This document shows, one piece after another, positions 7,375-12,315 of a stretch of 12,315 nucleotides of DNA (positions are counted from its first letter, which is position 1; every line of letters begins with the position of its first letter). This DNA comes from Anthoceros angustus (taxonomy: Eukaryota; Plantae; Anthocerotophyta). The position numbers were made by a program, and so were the translations under genes. A model generated the notes under the pieces. The model was not told the DNA's origin. It made no database searches and worked only from the letters and a program-made list of their open reading frames with translations. Location: contig VJWM01000419.1 in the NCBI GenBank assembly GCA_010909165.1, positions 1 to 12,315 of the forward strand, read 5' to 3'.

Positions 7375-9148
7375 ATGGCAGCTCGCAGATCCGGCACGGT
7401 TAGGTGCGACGAGCTCGTCCTTGTCTTGCTGCTCTTCAGGTTGCTCTTTGGAGCTGAGGGCCAGGCTGTGCCGGCGGCCTGCCCGGCCACCTGCACGGAT
7501 GCGCAGGCGTATTTCATTGCCAGCCCGACTGCCCTTCTCCTTTCACTTTTGGAGCGATTGCCAACAACTTCAACATCGCCGTTGTGGATCTGGCGGGAGC
7601 AAACAACGAGGACTTGACAGATCTTTCGACAGTCGGAGGCATTATTGTGCAGGCCTCTGGAGAAGTGCGAGTGCCCCTCCCGACCTGTTCCTGCAAGGGA
7701 GGGGTATACACCGCAGACAATGTCACCTACACGGTGCAATCTGGAGACAGCCTGTCCGCCATTGCGTCGGTGACCTATGGCGGACTCGTTATTTACCAGG
7801 ACATAGCTACCGCGAACAACATCGGCGATCCTTCCCTGATAGAGGTGTGATGTCCACTGGATGCGGTTTGGAAACCTTGCTTTCGCTTCCATCTCTGACA
7901 CAAGGCTCTGGATCCGATTTCTCTGCTCTGTTTGTGCAGCCTGGACAGCAGTTCGTCATCCCTATTCCTTGCACTTGCACGGCCTGAAACTCCGCCCGCA
8001 GTGGCTCTGTCCTACGTGATCGTTCTCAACGACGACTATACTCTGGTTGCGAGCAAGTTCAACACAAATGCAGATGCTGTTGTGTCACTCAACCCTTCTG
8101 TGAATGCTTCTGCCCTGGTTGCAGGCCAAGTGATCGAGGTTCCTCTTCCTGGTAAAATCACAACGCCAACGTAGCAGTCATACAAGACAGACTCCATGTG
8201 ATGCTCCTTTTCCTTGATCTGACATGGAACTGACAAGATGGTGTTTGATTCATCCATCCTGTACACTGTCAGCTTGCTCTTCAATCTGTCAACTGGGAGT
8301 CTCCTGGCCTACGATGCCTACACTGTCACTGCAGGCACCTGCGTGCAATGCAATTGCAGGGCTTCGGAGTCAGGGGATCCTACTGGCGAATGTGTGCCAT
8401 TCCCGGCCTCCGATTCCTGCTCCGCCAGCTTGACGTGCCCTGGCACGAACCTGACCATCGGGAGCTCAATTACAGTACAGAAAACGGCTTCCTCCTGTGA
8501 GGTCACCACATGCTCATACGACGGATACTCCACTTCGGCAGGCATACTCACCAAGTAAGTAACAAGTCATGTGCTGCTGGACGGTAGTACTGATGGTGCC
8601 TTGCCCAGCTACTCAACCTATGCATGTCATGCCCGTGATGCTCTGCTTGCAACTTGCAACTGGCATTTACAGCCACTGATCGATGTAACGTGTCCTGTCG
8701 CTGGTGGTGCAGAGTGCAGAACGAAACCGTGACTGGAATCTGTTCAGGTGAGAATGCCAGACCTAGAACCAACAGGGCATGCCAGCTTGCGTATGGGTGC
8801 ATACAGTGTGCATTCCGTGATATGTCAGGTCGGCAGGACACGGCAGGGCATGAGTGTATGGTTGTGTGGTGACGTCTTGGATTGACAAGTCTGTGGTCGT
8901 GCTTGATGCAGAGATTGCAACACCCCGCCTCCTCCACCTACCCCAGCTGGAGCGCCACCCCTCAAGCATCGCCACCCACAACATCACCCCTGCCCGCACA
9001 CTGTTCCCCTCCTCCTCCTACCACGCCGGGTTCGAATCCTGGTTCCGGCTTGTCTGCCCCACCTCCAAGTTCACCCGCAGTGCTGAATGAAGCGTGGCCT
9101 GCCCTCATCCTGGCAACATTTGCTGCCATTCTGAGCACCCTCCTGTAA
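7375..9148 (+). CDS. LysM domain-containing GPI-anchored receptor-like protein (LYM1/LYM2/CEBiP family). Predicted exons 7375-7844, 7940-8151, 8273-8554, 8713-8747, 8912-9148, with apparent frameshifts at homopolymers
   Basis: Signal peptide ..ELVLVLLLFRLLFGAEG. Three LysM motifs are separated by CxC (CSC, CTC); LysM2 is YTVQSGDSLSAIASVTYGGLVIYQDIATANNIGDPSLIE|PGQQFVIPIPC. Then come a Cys-rich domain ACSS..AYTVTAGTCVQCNC...CEVTTCSYDGY, a Pro/Ser/Thr-rich stalk and the hydrophobic tail WPALILATFAAILSTLL* (GPI signal). All four introns are GT..AG. Frameshifts lie at ~7533, ~7982, ~8283 and in C-runs 8923-9010. Confidence 0.88.
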
Positions 9149-10274
9149 TTTTTCACCACGCTCTAAGCTTATTACATCACCCTCTTGCTCTTTCATTGCA
9201 GTGTCCTGCCATTAATTTGAAAGAGTCCCGTGACGTTCTCCACTTCATTCCTTCAAGGAATGAAGTGTCGGTTCAAGGATATTACGTACATATGTATAGA
9301 TGTTCCTCCTCCACACGCAACGCAAAGCTGTGCAACCCAGGTCCCAGATTGGTGGGCACCGAGAGGACAGCGAGGGTGAAATGGCCGTGCGTACCATGGG
9401 GTGCAGGTTGGCAGGTTCAAATGGTGCAGTGGAAAGTTACAGATGCGATGCGGATATTGATTCAATCTGAGTGGTAGGATGGGCTGCGGGATGGCTGGAT
9501 GCCGCTCCACAGCTTCTTTCTACTTTCCAGTAGAGTTGAATTAAAGTCATGTGGCGACTCGGTTGGGCTTGTGGACAAGGTATGGGCGGGCGAGATTGAC
9601 ATGAGCCGCCACAAAACAAATGGTTTACTACTGCACTGCGCGTGGGTTGCCAGTCTTGCTGCACGGCGTGCTCTGGCAAATCAGAGCTCCTCCTCTCTCA
9701 GGGCTCCTCCATACATGCAGAGATACATATGTCTTTGTTTGGACTCGAGACAACCTAGGCTGCTGCAAGAATCCCTTGAGACTGGTACGGTAAATCACTT
9801 CAACCCCGTAAGCTCATTGGTGGCTCTGAGACCGAGAAAAGCACATGTATGCACACAGAGGGTGTACTATGGCAGGATTCCTGCGAATCACGTGTGGCAC
9901 ACGCCAAGATATGCGACACAGAGATGCAGAACTCCCTCAAGGCTGGGAGTGGTGTTACCTAACAACTCCCTATTTCTAGACCGGTCAACGCAACACAACT
10001 TGCAAGGTAGGATAGAAGCGTCTATGAGCCGTATATCTTGGAAGACAGTTAGACTTGCCACTGTTTATGCGGCAGAGGGAGGAAGGAAGGAGGAAGGAAA
10101 CGGCAAACGGCAGCAAACGGCAACTACTACTATACTAAACAAAGTCTGATCAAAACATAGCATATTACGTCTTGACAGACCCATGATAGGACACTAGAAG
10201 GACGGCAAGGCTATCCAAATAGGTCTCTATGTGCCACACTAAAGAGGCAGGGCACCTTGAAGATGACATGCCCG

Positions 10275-11478
10275 CTAGAAAGACTGCACCATCTTCTCCG
10301 ACCCTGCCCACGGCTTCAACTTGGATGACATGGAAAGGTATTGGTGTTGCTCACTGATCTCGTTCAGCACCCTGGAAGTCTTGACGAGGCCGATATCTGC
10401 ATCTCCGTTCTTAGCACACAACCGCTGTCGCAGGAGAGGCAGAGTGGTAACAGATGTACCGCTCCAGCTGCCTCTCCTGAAGGTGTGATACACAACCACA
10501 CTTCCGTCGGGAAACTCTTCCCGGAAGGTTCCATCACAGTAGTACCCGCGGGTAGACGGACGTGTTCCATGACGACGCCGTGCTGTCCATTCCAGTCACA
10601 AACAAAGCGACAGAGAGTATCTCAGGCTGGAAGACGCGGGCCGCTCTGTCCACCACCAGATGGAGCCTGATGTCTTCCGGCCCGTACCCCATGGCCTCGA
10701 AGCTGGCGTAGCTGAAGCCATCCTCCGGCGTCACATGGATGGTGGAGTGCGCTCCCCGCTCTAGCCCATTCATAGAATAGCCGCACGGATCGAACGCGAA
10801 ATCTGATATCTCCGACCCGGGCAGGATATCGGCGATGCCCGACACATGAGTCATCTCCACCGCCGTCGGGAGCACAGCAGTCTGAAATTGCGAAGCGCAT
10901 CCCCTGTCCAGTTGAGTCATGCACATCTCCAGAGTATAAACGGGATCAGACTCTCTGGGACACGCTCCCTCGTCCACCGAATAGTAGACATGCCAGTTGT
11001 GAGCATCATCCGGACTTCCTCCCATCACGAACGACTTCCCTCCATCCTTCCCGAGATGCCCGAAGTACTTCTCCAAGAACCTCACCTCCTCCGTGAAACT
11101 GCCGTGCGGAAACGGCTGCACGTGAGGGAAAATGAAGGAGCCACGAGTATACTTGCAGCTCAAGGCTCTCAGAAGCAGCCGCGCCTGCGGAGTCCAACAA
11201 GACGGAACGGCCGCAGCAGCTGCGTCGTCCCGCACGTCTTGATCACGATCTTGCGCGGGTAGACGAACAAACTCGACTCGACAGCACGTACGAGTCGAAG
11301 AACTCGTTACTCCGCTGAGAAACGATCGTGCACTCCGCGGCCTTCAGCATAGCATCAATCTCCACACGATCCATACCCGCAGCCCCGGCCCCCGGAGATC
11401 CACCGACTCCGGGCCTGCAGCCGCACCGAATCCGACTTCCAACCTCTTCTCAAACCCCTCGAACCCCGGCAAGCACAT
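10275..11478 (-). CDS. SAMDC: S-adenosylmethionine decarboxylase proenzyme (intronless CDS, ~400 aa after frame repair; 3' end uncertain)
   Basis: Starts MCLPGFEGFEKRLE. Contains the autocleavage site DSYVL(S)E/SSLFVY..K.VIKTCGTT, then YTRGSFIFP..QPFPH.SF.EEV..L, YTLEMCMT.LD, FDPCGYSMN, HSTIHVTPEDGFSYASFE and G.VVYHTF. Frameshifts lie at ~11377, ~11280, 11180-11212 and ~10548, with no substitution-type stop codons in the repaired frame. Confidence 0.93.
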
Positions 11479-11608
11479 CTTCTCACTCTCCGCCCGCGCT
11501 TCCTGCACAAACGGCACCCCATCCCTCCCCGTCCGACGCCAAAAGGATCAGCGAAACCTACACCGCGTCCCTACCGATCCTCCTCCACCCACACCTCTTG
11601 CAGCGATA

Positions 11609-11756
11609 TCAGGATGGCTCGCGCCGCAGTCGGAGTAGGCAGCGCTGCGGAACTTCTCAATTCCCCTCGCGGCCGGATGTCTTCGATCAGGTAGCCCAGA
11701 ACACTCTCGTGCTGGCACCGGTTAACCCTGCCACCTCGAAGCTTGCTTCCGTCCAT
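11609..11756 (-). CDS. Conserved-peptide 'small' uORF of the plant SAMDC leader (~49 aa after repairing two 1-nt deletions)
   Basis: Repaired translation MDGSKLRGGRVNRCQHESVLGYLIEDIRPRG(G)IEKFRSAAYSDCGA(K)PS* matches the plant SAMDC uORF core E.PLGY.IED.RP.GGIKKF.SA.YSNC..KPS*. The missing bases are in the C-run at 11663-11666 and at ~11619. An in-frame ATG also lies at 11759. Confidence 0.88.
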
Positions 11757-11764
11757 CATAACAT
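11756..11764 (-). promoter_or_regulatory. 'Tiny' uORF (ATG TTA TGA) whose stop codon overlaps the small-uORF ATG by one base
   Basis: The minus strand reads GCGA-ATG-TTA-TG[A]TG-GAC. This is the same one-base overlap geometry as the tiny/small uORF pair in angiosperm SAMDC leaders. Confidence 0.8.
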
Positions 11765-12130
11765 TCGCACCGGGAGATCTCCACCCGCCGATCACAATTC
11801 TTGCTCGTCTCCTCCCTTCTCCCACTTGCCGGCTCCGCCGCACCCGCCGCCGCCGCCACACAGCAACACTTCAATGTCACAACCTCGCACCAAACCTCGC
11901 CCGGCGCGAGCGCAGCGAAAGCAGCAGCAGGAAGAGCACCAAACCCCTTGCCGCGCAGCTCAGCGATGACAGCCGCCCAAACAGACGAGAGAGCAAGGCA
12001 GCGGTGATGGCGCGGCGGCGGAGCGCGATGCGCAAGACAGAAGGCGCGGAAGAGCAAGGGCGCAGGAGAGACGCAAGGAGCGATAAAGGGAAAAAGAGAA
12101 ATGTGCAAGCGTGGAGTAAAGGGGAAGGGA

Positions 12131-12137
12131 TTATATA
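12131..12137 (-). promoter_or_regulatory. Putative TATA box of SAMDC
   Basis: TATATAA on the minus strand sits in GC-rich context and is followed by a pyrimidine-rich (Y-patch-like) stretch, 12130-12085. GGCCC/TGGGC site-II-like motifs lie at ~12188-12205. Confidence 0.55.
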
Positions 12138-12315
12138 TGCGCGCGGCGGAGGCGGGTTTCGGGTCCAGCCACCACACGCCACCGGGTGGGCTGGGCCCTA
12201 GGCCCTTCCCTCGCCTTTACTCCCAAGCGCGATCCCCGCAAACGGGTGGGCGAGTTGGTTAGGCACGGCCGCACGCTGGAGCTCTTCCTGGAAGGTGAGT
12301 CGACTCGCCACTTGG

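Noticed and set aside
7218-7987. Long ORFs 7218-7901(-) and 7340-7987(+)
   Set aside because: Antisense or alternate-frame shadows of the LysM gene; only the last ~15 codons of the + ORF are real exon 2.
9499-10149. 216-aa ORF between the convergent genes
   Set aside because: No recognisable domain and a composition typical of non-coding DNA; it overlaps the probable SAMDC 3' UTR. It cannot be fully excluded without RNA data.
7375-11478. LysM receptor + SAMDC as a functional gene cluster
   Set aside because: Adjacency of two convergent genes is not evidence of co-function in a plant genome; conserved synteny and co-expression would be needed.
11328-12201. Long + strand ORFs antisense to SAMDC and its leader
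   Set aside because: Low-complexity products of GC-rich sequence opposite a well-supported gene.

Overview
Eukaryotic nuclear DNA from a land plant. A non-seed plant such as a bryophyte or lycophyte is suggested by the PPR type and TE families, but this is inference. The left half (1-6700) is mostly decayed repeats and TEs: a tandem array built on a conserved 20-bp core with a dyad, a Ty3/gypsy-type integrase C-terminus ending in a PHD finger, a very GC-rich multi-hairpin island, a decayed PLS-class PPR gene and a LINE remnant (ORF1 plus the start of the APE endonuclease). The right half holds two convergent genes. On + is a 5-exon, GPI-anchored LysM receptor-like protein of the LYM/CEBiP family with a Pro-rich stalk (7375-9148). 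On - is an S-adenosylmethionine decarboxylase (11478-~10275), preceded by the overlapping tiny/small uORF pair known for polyamine-responsive translational control. Both genes and the uORF are broken mainly by 1-2 nt losses at homopolymers, which looks more like long-read consensus error than pseudogenisation. I see no clear evidence of a wholly new system. The best leads are the PHD-finger integrase, the modular repeat array, the divergent SAMDC uORF, the LysM protein's architecture and the GC-rich hairpin island.
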